From Chloroflexota bacterium (GTDB lineage: Bacteria; Chloroflexota; Anaerolineae; UBA2200), in contig JAUWJD010000009.1 in assembly GCA_030607875.1 (NCBI GenBank), positions 29,169 through 93,168 on the forward strand: a stretch of 64,000 bases of DNA, in the 5' to 3' direction. Positions 28,287 to 37,896 of this stretch are shown piece by piece. The notes beneath the pieces were generated by a model, which saw nothing but the letters and a program-made list of their open reading frames with translations, did not search any database and was not told the DNA's origin. A program made the translations under genes and the position numbers. Within the stretch, counting starts at the first letter, position 1. The number at the start of each line of letters is the position of its first letter.

Positions 28287-31200
28287 CTAATCCTGCGTCT
28301 CGTCGGACATAAGGGTCTGATAGGCTTCTATCAGGGCCTTTTTGTACTCCTCAAGAGACGGTAGTCCGGCTTCCCTCCGCCTCTTGTCAACATTCGCTTC
28401 ATCTTCGATGGGCAGAGGCACGAACTCGCCATCCTTCCTCTCTAATTGTGTCCCGTATACTTGCTTTTCCCCCTCGTTAATGAGCACCCGGTCCGTCAAA
28501 TAGGCAACGTTTACCATGCGTGCTTCGAATGTCTCTGCCGCTTGTTTGAGGAGTTCCAAGCATTGTTTCTGGAAGGCAAGATCCGAGTTTGCGTGCTGCA
28601 CCAGGAGCCATGCCGCATCAGCTCCTGCCCCGCCTACCACACTGTAGCCAGGCCAACCATACTCCTGAACGATTTCTCGCATTCGGGCGGTGTTCCTGGC
28701 GTTCACCTCCTCCCACTTTATCTCAAGTGTCGGATCTGTCCCATTGGCCCGCTTCAACTGTTCTATGGCCTCCTGATCCTCGTCGACCATCCTGAGCAGT
28801 TCCTGCTGCAGTTCGCTGTTGAACTTTACTGCCAGAACAGTTTGAGCCTCCTCCGTTCCACCTTCAGGCGTGAGCGGAGTGGGCTTGAAGCTGAGCGTAG
28901 GCTCGGCATGTACTGGGGGCTGCACCTCGCGCTTCTCCGAAGAAAGACCGCTCATCAGCCGAGCTGCCACGTCAGCAACCCTGCCCGCCCCAGCCAGGTG
29001 CTCAGGTATGATTGCCTCAATGCTGTCTGTGGGGAGATGAGTGGTCTCCAGAACATCGGACGCGCAGAGGACGATGATAGGCATAGGCCGATCGGAATAA
29101 CTTTCCGAAAAACTGTACTGATGGGGCGAATGACTCTGCAACGTGATCTTGACGCCCAGTTTTCGCGCCGCCTTGCGCAACTGCGGCAGCACGCCATAGC
29201 TGCCCCACTCCTGCAGACCGAGTGCTGCATCAGGGCCATAAGCGATGCTGTCCAGATGGATCACGGCGTAGAGGCTGTACCTGGGCAGGAGCCCGCTATC
29301 CAGGAGATGCTGTATCCCCGAATCCAAGCCACCCTGCTCGACGTTCCCCCAGGCAGCGAACACAACGGTATGTTCTGGTTGATAGCCCTGTTCTTTCCAG
29401 ACACGGGCAATCTCCAGCAGAGCAGCTACGCCCGAGGCGTTGTCTACGGCGCCGGGATAGAGCCTCCCTTCCAGGTCACGACCCAGCCCGTCATAGTGCG
29501 CGCCAATGACCACCACCTGCTCAACTTTGCTCTTCCCCGGGATGGCTCCCAGGACGTGGATGCCCTTTGTTTCCGCCTGACGCTGCAGCGGGTAACTCAT
29601 GCGCACGCGCCCCGTCGTCTCCCAGACTTTGCCCTGGCCCTCGGGCAAACCCTCTACTTCTTCCTGCAGCTCCTTCAAGTGGAGGCCCAAATGCCCTAGC
29701 AACCGCTCAGCAGCCTCGTCGCTGATCTTGAAACGAGCAAAGGGGTCTGCTCCCATGAAGGAGAAACCTCCGCGAGGCAGGCTCCACCGTCCGAAGTAAT
29801 GGGGGATAGCATGTACAACGATCAGCGTGCCCACGCGTGGAGGCGGTTCGGGCCGCGGATCCTCCTGCAGGGCAGAGTAAAAGTCCAAGCCGAGGACAAC
29901 TTCTGCCTTCCCTGGCTCTCCCATTTGCAGCAGACGTATCTCAAATGGTCCCGTGCTCATGGGCTGATGCTGGCCCACCACCGTCAGGCGGCCCACGACG
30001 GGAAAAGGCGGCAGGCCAGCGCTGACATCCACAACGAAATCCTCCAGATAGGCAAATTCTTCCAGGACGTTGCCTTCTTGATCCTTCAAGATCAATTGCG
30101 GAATCTCTGCGAAATCCAGGCGTTCGAACTCGAACTGCTGGAAGTACGTCTCCCCGTCCCCTGCTGGTTCCAGCCCTGCCGCAGCGAACTGCTTGGCGAT
30201 GTACTCGGCAGCACGACGTGCACCTTCTGTCCCTGCTCGCCGTCCCTGCAATTCTTCACTCGTGAGATAGTGCACGTCTACCAGGGCACGTTCGACGTCA
30301 AAGGCGCGGGCCTGCCGAGCGTAAGCCACAGCAGGGCCAGTGTTATCCAGAATAAGCCACACGACTACAGCCACAGCAGCGGCCGCCATCAACAGGCGCT
30401 TGAAAGGCAGGCTGGCCAGGTTCACGCCACTGCGCTCCACCAGTTCCTGCAAACCCATGCCCAGCAAGTTAAAGCCCAGGACGGCGACGAAGAAAGCCGC
30501 CGCAGGATAGAGGGTCATCCAGGGATAGCTGCGAGCATAGCGCCAGGAGTTGGAGAGCATCGCCCCCCATTCAGGCACGGAGAAATAGACCACGGGCCGG
30601 TCGTACACATCCAGCGTACTGATGCCGCCCCCGATGAATATGCCCACAAACCCCAGTTCACCCAGGGTGAGCAAAACGCTGCCCATCTCCAGGGTGGCCA
30701 GGGCCAGCAGGGAGGGGAAAACGTTGGGCAGCACGTGCCGTGTGATGATCTCTGGAGTGGAGAGCCCTACTGCCCGTGCGCCCTCGATAAAGGGGCGTTG
30801 GCGGATGGTGGCAAACTCGCCACGTACAGTCTGGGTGACCTCAGCCCAGCCCAGAAAACACAGGGCAACCACAAAAGTGGATAGCCCCTTCTGGATGCCG
30901 AAAGCCAGGATCAGCAGCACACCCAGGATCAGGGAGGGGAAAGCTGCCTCAGCCCCGGCCACGCTCATAATCGCCCGATCCACAGCTCGTCCGTGGTACC
31001 AGCCAGACACGGCCCCCAGCGCGAAGCCGACGATCACTCGCACGGCCATCACTGCCGCAGCGATGGACAGGGTCTGGCCCGCACCACAGATCAGCAGGCT
31101 GAGCAAATCCCGCCCCTGCTGATCCGTCCCCAGCAGAAAGTGCGCTGACGGTGGGAACGGGGGTGTGCGTGTCACGCCATCCACCTCCAGGAACCAGGTT

Positions 31201-31331
31201 TGTTCTGTGGGGTCATGCGGCGCGAAACGCGGGCCGAAGGCAGCGGCGACGATCAGGGCCAGCACAATGAGCCCTCCGCTGATCAAGGGACCACTGGTCA
31301 GGCCATGCCACAGACGAGCCCGGCGGCGCAT
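28287..31331 (-). CDS. fusion protein: OppC/DppC-type ABC permease + extra TM helix + M28 Zn-aminopeptidase + uncharacterised C-terminal domain
   Basis: The N-terminal roughly 330 aa form a binding-protein-dependent permease (six hydrophobic segments and a conserved cytoplasmic loop). A seventh helix (LLMAAAAVAVVVWLIL) follows, then an M28 domain (VVIGAHYDGLG, AVDNASGVAALLEIA), then an unassigned tail of about 170 aa. The start is chosen at MRRRARL, overlapping the end of the OppB-like gene, because the 100 codons upstream overlap that gene. Confidence 0.7.
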   Translation of the reverse strand: MRRRARLWHGLTSGPLISGGLIVLALIVAAAFGPRFAPHDPTEQTWFLEVDGVTRTPPFPPSAHFLLGTDQQGRDLLSLLICGAGQTLSIAAAVMAVRVIVGFALGAVSGWYHGRAVDRAIMSVAGAEAAFPSLILGVLLILAFGIQKGLSTFVVALCFLGWAEVTQTVRGEFATIRQRPFIEGARAVGLSTPEIITRHVLPNVFPSLLALATLEMGSVLLTLGELGFVGIFIGGGISTLDVYDRPVVYFSVPEWGAMLSNSWRYARSYPWMTLYPAAAFFVAVLGFNLLGMGLQELVERSGVNLASLPFKRLLMAAAAVAVVVWLILDNTGPAVAYARQARAFDVERALVDVHYLTSEELQGRRAGTEGARRAAEYIAKQFAAAGLEPAGDGETYFQQFEFERLDFAEIPQLILKDQEGNVLEEFAYLEDFVVDVSAGLPPFPVVGRLTVVGQHQPMSTGPFEIRLLQMGEPGKAEVVLGLDFYSALQEDPRPEPPPRVGTLIVVHAIPHYFGRWSLPRGGFSFMGADPFARFKISDEAAERLLGHLGLHLKELQEEVEGLPEGQGKVWETTGRVRMSYPLQRQAETKGIHVLGAIPGKSKVEQVVVIGAHYDGLGRDLEGRLYPGAVDNASGVAALLEIARVWKEQGYQPEHTVVFAAWGNVEQGGLDSGIQHLLDSGLLPRYSLYAVIHLDSIAYGPDAALGLQEWGSYGVLPQLRKAARKLGVKITLQSHSPHQYSFSESYSDRPMPIIVLCASDVLETTHLPTDSIEAIIPEHLAGAGRVADVAARLMSGLSSEKREVQPPVHAEPTLSFKPTPLTPEGGTEEAQTVLAVKFNSELQQELLRMVDEDQEAIEQLKRANGTDPTLEIKWEEVNARNTARMREIVQEYGWPGYSVVGGAGADAAWLLVQHANSDLAFQKQCLELLKQAAETFEARMVNVAYLTDRVLINEGEKQVYGTQLERKDGEFVPLPIEDEANVDKRRREAGLPSLEEYKKALIEAYQTLMSDETQD

Positions 31332-31348
31332 CTCCAGCGTCCTCTGCG

Positions 31349-32296
31349 TCACGCTCCACCTCCCGGCACTGCAGTTCGCAGCCGTGGATCCGCCCAGCGG
31401 TAGCCCAGTTCCAAGAGGGCATTGATGACCAGAAAGGTAAAGCCCAGGCTTAGTACCAGGCCCGTGGTAGTGTTGATGTCGTAGCTGCGGATGGCATCCA
31501 AGAGGGCAGTGCCTACGCCAGGCCATCCGACGAACACCTCCGCTATGGGCAATGCAGCCAGGCTGTAGCGCATCGAGAGGCTGAGCGCGGTGAGTATCGA
31601 AGGAGCGGCGTTGCGGAAAGCGTGACGCCATACTACCCAGCGCCTGGAAAGGCCCTTGGCATAGGCAGTACGGATATAGTCCTGATCGAGGACATCGGCC
31701 AGGGCTAGATAGGTCATGCGCGCCATGCGAGCGATGGACGGTGCCGCCAAGACCAGCGCAGGCATGACCAGATGCTCATCCCAGCCAAATCCCCCTACCG
31801 GCAGGAGCCTCGTCCCGGTAGCACGGTAGAAACGGACAAGCATCACCTGCAACAGCAAAGCCAGGAAGAAGGTAGGCGCCGAGATGCCCACCAGGGTGGA
31901 GGCGATGATGCCCACGGAGAGGCGCGAGTGGCGTAGCAAAGCGGCCAGGGTGCCCAGGGGTATGCCAATAAGCGCTGTCAGCAGCAGCGCGACAGCCAGC
32001 AGACCCATCGAACGTGGATAATACCCCCGCAGCAACTGGGCGACCGGCCTGGTCGCCATCCGTCGACTCCGCCGCGTCCAAAGCGCGCTGTTTCCCAGGT
32101 CACCGCGAATGGCGTGGCTCAAGTATTCCCCTGTGCCAATCGCACTCTGGCGCAGTATCACAGAGGCAGGCGCATAGCCCCTCGCTCTGGCCGCTCCCAG
32201 AGTCAAATGGCACAGGAAAATGATCAACACAAGGGTGAAAACAGCGGCAATCAGATGTCGGAACGGCAAACGCAAGGTGCATTCACTCCGAAGCAA
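31349..32296 (-). CDS. OppB/DppB-type ABC transporter permease
   Basis: The ORF is 315 aa with the BPD_transp_1 layout. It starts 17 nt after the anti-sigma stop. Confidence 0.8.
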   Translation of the reverse strand: MLRSECTLRLPFRHLIAAVFTLVLIIFLCHLTLGAARARGYAPASVILRQSAIGTGEYLSHAIRGDLGNSALWTRRSRRMATRPVAQLLRGYYPRSMGLLAVALLLTALIGIPLGTLAALLRHSRLSVGIIASTLVGISAPTFFLALLLQVMLVRFYRATGTRLLPVGGFGWDEHLVMPALVLAAPSIARMARMTYLALADVLDQDYIRTAYAKGLSRRWVVWRHAFRNAAPSILTALSLSMRYSLAALPIAEVFVGWPGVGTALLDAIRSYDINTTTGLVLSLGFTFLVINALLELGYRWADPRLRTAVPGGGA

Positions 32297-32313
32297 GCAA
32301 ATGGCAGTCGGAC

Positions 32314-33000
32314 CTATTCCTGGCCATGATAGATAGTTGGCGCACTGCGTTTTTCCTCGACTGGGGCGAAGGAAAAGCTGTGCTCGCTGCTTCGCCCCCC
32401 CCTAGTCCGAAAGACCAAGTGAACCCGTACAGTGTCCGGGGGATACAACGTGCGCACCGTACTTGATGGGTCCATGACCATGAATGACTCAATAACCATG
32501 ACTCGCCCCTGTACGCTGATGCGAGCCTCCTGCGGGGGAGTCAAGGTAACGACATATCTTGTATCAGGGGTGATCCCCCGGTCCAGGAAGATGACGATGG
32601 GAGCATCGGCCGGCACATGTTCTGCGCCATCAACGGGGAAGGTACGCAACACGCGAGGTGGTTCCTGAGCATACACCTTGGGCCGTTGGGAGGCAAAGAA
32701 GACAAGACCCAGCACGATGAGGAAACTAGCAGCGAACAGGGCGTACCGTCCGAAACCCACGGGCGGCAACTTGATCCACTCGCTCAGGCGACGGATTCGA
32801 CCCCGTTGTGTCGAGACTCGCTCGTGCTGCAGGCCCAGGCGGGCGTACGTCCGCTTGATCACCCTCTCCACCAGATTCCCCTCAGAAGGCTCCAGCACGG
32901 CTTCGACGTAGAAAGGTGGGAGATCCTCCGCTTCGATGTCGAAATAGCTCCGCAGTTCCCTAGAGAAACGCCGCTCTTCGTCACAGAGATCCTTGCACAT
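32314..33000 (-). CDS. membrane anti-sigma factor (single TM, extracytoplasmic C-terminal domain)
   Basis: Starts at MCKDLCDEE with a GAGGAGCGGG RBS and overlaps the sigma gene by about 20 nt. Has one TM segment (YALFAASFLIVLGLVFFA). The assignment rests on position and architecture. Confidence 0.5.
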   Translation of the reverse strand: MCKDLCDEERRFSRELRSYFDIEAEDLPPFYVEAVLEPSEGNLVERVIKRTYARLGLQHERVSTQRGRIRRLSEWIKLPPVGFGRYALFAASFLIVLGLVFFASQRPKVYAQEPPRVLRTFPVDGAEHVPADAPIVIFLDRGITPDTRYVVTLTPPQEARISVQGRVMVIESFMVMDPSSTVRTLYPPDTVRVHLVFRTRGGRSSEHSFSFAPVEEKRSAPTIYHGQE

Positions 33001-33568
33001 TTTCCCGCTCCTCGTGCCCAATAGCCGTCATCTTTTCACGCAATGCCCGCCGGGCCCGCCACAGACGGTTCTCTACAGCCCGCTGCGTCAGCCCTACGGC
33101 CTCGGCAATCTCTCTAATGGGCTGCTCAGAAAAGTAGCGGCGGTAAACGATCGCTCTATCCAGCTCCGAAAGCTCGGCCAGGGCGCGCCGCAAACCTTCC
33201 TTGCGTTCTAGCCAGTCCTCAGCCATCTCTGCTGCCTGGTCAGGGAGAGCAGCCACATCCTTCTCTGCGCGCGTCTCAAGTTCCCGGCCTCGCTTGCGCC
33301 TTTGATCCAAAGCCATGTACTTGGCCCGCATGCGTATCCATTTGGCCAGTGTCCCTCGCTGTGCATCAAACTCATCGAGCTCACGCCAGACGGCAACGAA
33401 CACGTCGCTCACGATCTCCTCTGCATCCTCAGCGCTTCCAAGACCACCCAGGATGTGCGAGACCAGAGCATATAGCTCGGCGGCGTATCGCGCGACCAAG
33501 ACCTCCAAGCAGCGAGAGTCCCGCTGGCGTATGCCTCTGACGAGCTGGTGTTCGGGGTCCTTTGCCAT
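32981..33568 (-). CDS. ECF-type RNA polymerase sigma factor (sigma-70 family)
   Basis: The ORF is 195 aa with region 2 (DAEEIVSDVFVAVW) and region 4 (IREIAEAVGLTQRAVENRLWRARRALR). Confidence 0.8.
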   Translation of the reverse strand: MAKDPEHQLVRGIRQRDSRCLEVLVARYAAELYALVSHILGGLGSAEDAEEIVSDVFVAVWRELDEFDAQRGTLAKWIRMRAKYMALDQRRKRGRELETRAEKDVAALPDQAAEMAEDWLERKEGLRRALAELSELDRAIVYRRYFSEQPIREIAEAVGLTQRAVENRLWRARRALREKMTAIGHEERENVQGSL

Positions 33569-33694
33569 GATGAATGGCTCCTCTATAGAATACTACGTCT
33601 GGGGGTTGAGCAATCTCTCATTATTGTATCCTACGCCACGATGACCCCAATTCCTGCTGGTGTCCACCGTACTGGCAGAGCCCGATAATCAACT

Positions 33695-34009
33695 ATGCTG
33701 CCGAAGCGGGAGTCATTGAAGGAAGGAGAAAGTATCGATTCGACGGAGAAGCCCTTCAAGGAACTGACCAAAGCCCCAGGCGTGCCTAGCTATGAAAGTG
33801 AGGTTCGGGCGGTCATCCGCCGCCACCTAGAAGCGGTAGCGGCGATTGAGCGCGACCGGTTGGGCAGCATCACTGGCGTAAAGCGCGGCTCAGCGGATTG
33901 GCCGCAAGTAATGCTCGCCGGGCACATGGATGAGGTCGGCTTTGTGGTCAGCCTGATCACCGATGAGGGTTTTATCCGCATAATCGCTTCGGTCAGCTCG
34001 ATAGGCTGA
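33695..34009 (+). pseudogene. M42 aminopeptidase 5' remnant
   Basis: About 290 bp are roughly 90% identical to the leader plus first ~95 codons of the M42 gene at 41908. The ATG is mutated to ATC, and the frame runs into an unrelated sequence and a stop. Confidence 0.6.
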
Positions 34010-34747
34010 CCGCGCCCATAGAGTAACCACTGTCGGGGCTGATGGTCTGCCCGGTAATGAAGCCTGCCTCTCTTGACGCGAGGTGGAGCACCAACGAGGC
34101 CACCTCTTCGGCTTTCCCCAGCCGCCTCATAGGCGTGGCTTCCTTGATCTTCTCCGGCCTCTCGGCTCTGAGCCCCTCCAGAGACCTTGTCTCCACAAAG
34201 CCGGGTGCCACGACGTTGACCGTGATGCCCAGAGGGGCAACCTCCTGGGCTAGGGCACGGGTCAGGCCGATGACGCCGGCCTTGCTGCCGAGTAGGCCGC
34301 CGCACCCGCACAGCCAGCGAGGCCGCAGATGGAAGCGATGTTGACGATGCGCCCCCTGTGCTGGCGGAGCATCACTGGTAGCACGGCCCGCAGGCAGTTG
34401 AAGGTGCCAGTGAGATAGAGCGCCAGGGTGCTATGCCACTCCTCATCGCTTAACATCTGCAAGGGGTGGGGGGTCACTTTCGCTCCAGCGCTGTTGACCA
34501 GGATGTCGAGGCGGCCGAAGTGATCGACCAAGGCTTTCACCATGGCCTCCACCTCCGCCCTCTGGGTGATATCGGCTGGCAGGGCCAGGCCCTGTGTTGC
34601 AGCAGCCACTCTCTCGGCTGCAGTGGGATCCAGGTCGTTGATCCCCACGATGATCCCCTCCTCCGCAAAGAGGCGGGCCACAGCCTCGCCAAGGCTGCCG
34701 CCCGCCCCGCTAATGAGCGCCACCTGACCCTGCAGATCGTATCTCAC
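33993..34747 (-). pseudogene. SDR-family oxidoreductase (FabG-like) interrupted by a frameshift
   Basis: The N-terminal 160 aa (GTG start, VALISGAGGSLG, NSAG) read in one frame to AYSAA. The C-terminal part (GITVNVVAPGFVETR...ITGQTI) is in another frame. A single missing base in an AAA run near 34282 restores ...AAKAGVIGLT... Confidence 0.6.
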
Positions 34748-34784
34748 TCTTCGTCCCCCTATTCGGAAAGACGTACAGCGGCGG

Positions 34785-35615
34785 CTACATTTTCCCCGCC
34801 TTGAACTTCTCGACCTGCTTCCGGATGGCGGGCTCGGTGGGAAGTCGTTCGATGCTGGAGGCGCCAAAGAAGCCGACCACCCCCTCTGTATGGTCGTAGA
34901 TGTACTGGGCATCAGGCGGTTCGGCAATCGGACCACCGTGGCAGAGCACCAGAATGTCTGGATTGACCTTCTTCGCAGCATCGTGCATGGCCTGCACCCG
35001 CTTCGCCGACTCCTCCAGCGTCAACACTGTCTTGGCACCAATGGCTCCCTTGGATGTCAGACCCATGTGAGGGACTAGCACGTCGGCGCCGGCTTTGGCC
35101 ATTGCGACCGCGTCCTCCTCGTCCAAGACGTAGGGGCAGGTCAGCATGTCCAGTTCGTGGGCCAGTCGGATCATCTCCACCTCGAGGGCGTAGCCCATGC
35201 CCGTCTCCTCCAGGCCCTGCCGGAAGACGCCGTCAATCAGCCCGACGGTGGGAAAGTTCTGGACGCCGTCAAAGCCCATCTCCTTGATCTGCTTGAGGAA
35301 CGTGGGCATCAGTCGGAAGGGATCAGTGCCGCAGACGCCCGCCAAGACCGGCGTGTCCTTGACTACTGGCAGCACCTCAGCCGCCATCTCGACGACAATG
35401 GCGTTGGCGTCGCCGTAGGGCATCAACCCGGCCAGTGAACCCCGCCCAGCCATGCGGTAGCGGCCGGAGTTGTAGATGATGATGATGTCGGCCCCGCCGC
35501 GCTCGGCGAACTTGGCCGAGATGCCGGTGCCGGCCCCACAGCCAATGATCGGCTTGCCTTCGGCCACGGTCTGACGCAGCTTGCGCAGACTCTCTTCTCT
35601 TGAAATGTACGGCAT
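34785..35615 (-). CDS. PF09370-type TIM-barrel protein (PEP-hydrolase-like, Tm-1 C-terminal-domain homologue)
   Basis: The ORF is 276 aa. The [45 protein letters not shown] motif is typical of this family. Confidence 0.7.
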   Translation of the reverse strand: MPYISREESLRKLRQTVAEGKPIIGCGAGTGISAKFAERGGADIIIIYNSGRYRMAGRGSLAGLMPYGDANAIVVEMAAEVLPVVKDTPVLAGVCGTDPFRLMPTFLKQIKEMGFDGVQNFPTVGLIDGVFRQGLEETGMGYALEVEMIRLAHELDMLTCPYVLDEEDAVAMAKAGADVLVPHMGLTSKGAIGAKTVLTLEESAKRVQAMHDAAKKVNPDILVLCHGGPIAEPPDAQYIYDHTEGVVGFFGASSIERLPTEPAIRKQVEKFKAGKM

Positions 35616-35660
35616 GATAGTGTCCTCCTTTTCTATGTGTGTTACTTGTTACATAGCGTA

Positions 35661-36872
35661 CTACTTGGCCGACAGGAATTCCAGGAGTTTGTTGGCCACG
35701 GCGTCGGCAAACTCGTCGTCGTTGATGTTGTTGTCCATCTCATACACCGGGATGTCGGGCCGCACATGCTTCTTGATAGCATCGTATAGGGCCTTGTCCG
35801 CCTCCGGCCACCAGAACTCCTTGCCCTCGGCATCCAGCATGGATACGCCCTGCAGCGGCAGGAAAAAGGCCACCGGCGCCGTGGACTTGTTGGCCTTCTC
35901 GGCCAGGATGCGGCCCAGCTCCGCGTTCTCCTCTGGGGTGGTGCGCATCAAGGTTACGTTGGGGTTCCAGTGGTAGAATCGCCGCCCTTTGTATTTCTCC
36001 GGCACCGTTTCCGGGGCCCAAAAGTTGGCCATGTCCAGACAGCCGGGGACGATGACCTGAGGCACTCCCTTCTTGGCAGCTGCATCCAGGCGTGTTGGGC
36101 CCGCTGACAGCACGCCGCCCACCAGCTCGTCCGCCCACTCCGTTGTGGTGATGTCCAGCACCCCGTTGACGTAGCCTTCCTCTATCAAGCTCTCCATAGT
36201 CTGCCCGCCGGTGCCCACTGCGTGGAAGATCAGCACCTCGTAGCCGTGCCTTTCCATCGTCTCGCGGCAGCGATTGACGACGGCAGTGGTGTTGCCAAAC
36301 ATCGAGGCGGCCAGCAAGGGCTTTTCCTCGATCTTGGGCGCTGGCGTCTCCACCATGCCCACCACCGCGCCCACCGCATTAGCGTAGATGCGGGCGCTGA
36401 TACGGTTGACCCCCGCCACGTCCACCACTGATGGAAACATGACCACGTCTTTGGTCCCCACGTAGGCTTTGGTGTCGCCCGAGGCCAGGGTGCTGACCAT
36501 GACTTTGGGGACACCCAGGGGCAGAGCGCGCATGGCAGAAGTGCCAACAGCCGTACCCGCTGAACCGCCCATGGCGATCACGCCGTCAATCTTGCCCTGG
36601 TCGTAGAGCTCCTTGACCACCTTGGCGATGCCTTTGGTCATGACATCCATGGCCAAGCCTCGGTCTGCCTTCTCTTGGAGCTCCTTGAGGCTGACGCCGC
36701 CGGCCTCGGCCACCCTCTTGGAGGGGATGTCGGCTTTGAAGCCGGGCTCGCCCACAACGCTGCTGTCTATGACCAAGGCTGCGTGCCCGCGCTGCTTGAT
36801 CTGCTCCTTGACGAAAGCGAACTCCTTGCCTTTGGTATCCAAGGCCCCAATCACTGCAATAGTCTTCGGCAT
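35661..36872 (-). CDS. UPF0261 family protein (Tm-1 N-terminal-domain homologue)
   Basis: The ORF is 403 aa and begins MPKTIAVIGALDTKGKEFAFVKEQI, the family N-terminal signature. A GGAAAGGAG RBS precedes the start. Confidence 0.8.
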   Translation of the reverse strand: MPKTIAVIGALDTKGKEFAFVKEQIKQRGHAALVIDSSVVGEPGFKADIPSKRVAEAGGVSLKELQEKADRGLAMDVMTKGIAKVVKELYDQGKIDGVIAMGGSAGTAVGTSAMRALPLGVPKVMVSTLASGDTKAYVGTKDVVMFPSVVDVAGVNRISARIYANAVGAVVGMVETPAPKIEEKPLLAASMFGNTTAVVNRCRETMERHGYEVLIFHAVGTGGQTMESLIEEGYVNGVLDITTTEWADELVGGVLSAGPTRLDAAAKKGVPQVIVPGCLDMANFWAPETVPEKYKGRRFYHWNPNVTLMRTTPEENAELGRILAEKANKSTAPVAFFLPLQGVSMLDAEGKEFWWPEADKALYDAIKKHVRPDIPVYEMDNNINDDEFADAVANKLLEFLSAK

Positions 36873-36877
36873 TTGTT

Positions 36878-36975
36878 TTTCTCCTTTCCATAACTAAGAG
36901 TCGTGAATCCCAAACAGCCGCGCTGCGTTTTCGGCAGTTCATCATCTCCTTTCCATGATTAGGAGTCGTGAATGC
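36878..36975. repeat. about 50-bp tandem duplication spanning the amidohydrolase 3' end and UPF0261 RBS junction
   Basis: Copy A (...GCTGTTTGGCATTCACGACTCCTAATCATGGAAAGGAGATGATG) and copy B (...GCTGTTTGGGATTCACGACTCTTAGTTATGGAAAGGAGAAAAACAAATG) are read here on the minus strand. Confidence 0.55.
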
Positions 36976-37876
36976 CAAACAGCCTGGCTGCGTTTCCGCC
37001 CAGGATGTCGGCTTTCTCGACGGCTGAAAGATGCGGATTCTCGCGGACTAGATCGATCATGTAGCGGATACTCACCTGGTTGGCCACGGCCGGATAGTCC
37101 GAGGCAAACAGGATGTGCTGGAAGCCCATCGTCTCGCGGATGCGCTCCACGCGCCATTCCCGCTCGACCAGCCAGGCTACGGCCGCCAGGTCCGCCCACA
37201 CGTTGGGATAGTCCGAACCCAACTGCAGCGCTTCCTCAAACCAGATGCATGGTTCATCCTTGCTGTAGCTGCCCAGGTGGGCCAGGATAATGGGCACTCG
37301 ATGATACTTCTCCAGGACAGGACGCAGCCGTTCCGGGTTGGCGTCCACCGACAGTGCTCGGGCATCCCAGGGAGGAGCCCCACAGCCAGTGTGGATCAGG
37401 ATAACCCGGCCAGTCTCTTCGCACCAGGCGCACACGCGCCGAAAATTCTCACTGTCAGCCGGGTCAAAGAACTGGGCAAAGGGCAGCAGCTTGACGCCCC
37501 GCAGCCCTAGCTGCTCGATCTCGGCCAGCTTCGCCTCTACGTACCCGGCGTCTTTGCACAGGTTCACCGACCCGAGGCCGATGAAGCGGTCGGGATGGGC
37601 GGCCACCATGTCGGCCACGATGCGGCTGGTCACCTTGGGCGTCAGCTTCTGCACCATGACCGCTTCGACTTCTGACCAGAAGACCCGATGGGCTGCCGGA
37701 GTCTTGAAAAAGCGGAAGCGGGTCTGCTGACACAGGTCAGGCCGTTTGATGTCCGCCGGGTCGGTGTCCACCGCCAGCAACACCGCATGGGTGACACCAG
37801 CCCCGTCCATCTCTGCCAGGAGGGCATCGGCACCCATCTTGGGGTGGACGTGGGCATCTACAATCAGTTCATTCAT
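36959..37876 (-). CDS. amidohydrolase-2 family metal-dependent hydrolase (TIM barrel)
   Basis: The ORF is 305 aa with the N-terminal DAHVH metal-binding motif and a C-terminal SDYP. Confidence 0.75.
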   Translation of the reverse strand: MNELIVDAHVHPKMGADALLAEMDGAGVTHAVLLAVDTDPADIKRPDLCQQTRFRFFKTPAAHRVFWSEVEAVMVQKLTPKVTSRIVADMVAAHPDRFIGLGSVNLCKDAGYVEAKLAEIEQLGLRGVKLLPFAQFFDPADSENFRRVCAWCEETGRVILIHTGCGAPPWDARALSVDANPERLRPVLEKYHRVPIILAHLGSYSKDEPCIWFEEALQLGSDYPNVWADLAAVAWLVEREWRVERIRETMGFQHILFASDYPAVANQVSIRYMIDLVRENPHLSAVEKADILGGNAARLFGIHDS

Positions 37877-37896
37877 TGCTCCGCTCCCAATAAACT

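Noticed and set aside
31332-31631. 100-codon N-terminal extension of the permease-M28 ORF (MASRFPQRRS...)
   Set aside because: It overlaps the 3' end of the OppB-like gene, has a composition unlike a real N-terminus, and the permease domain begins right after the internal Met at 31331.
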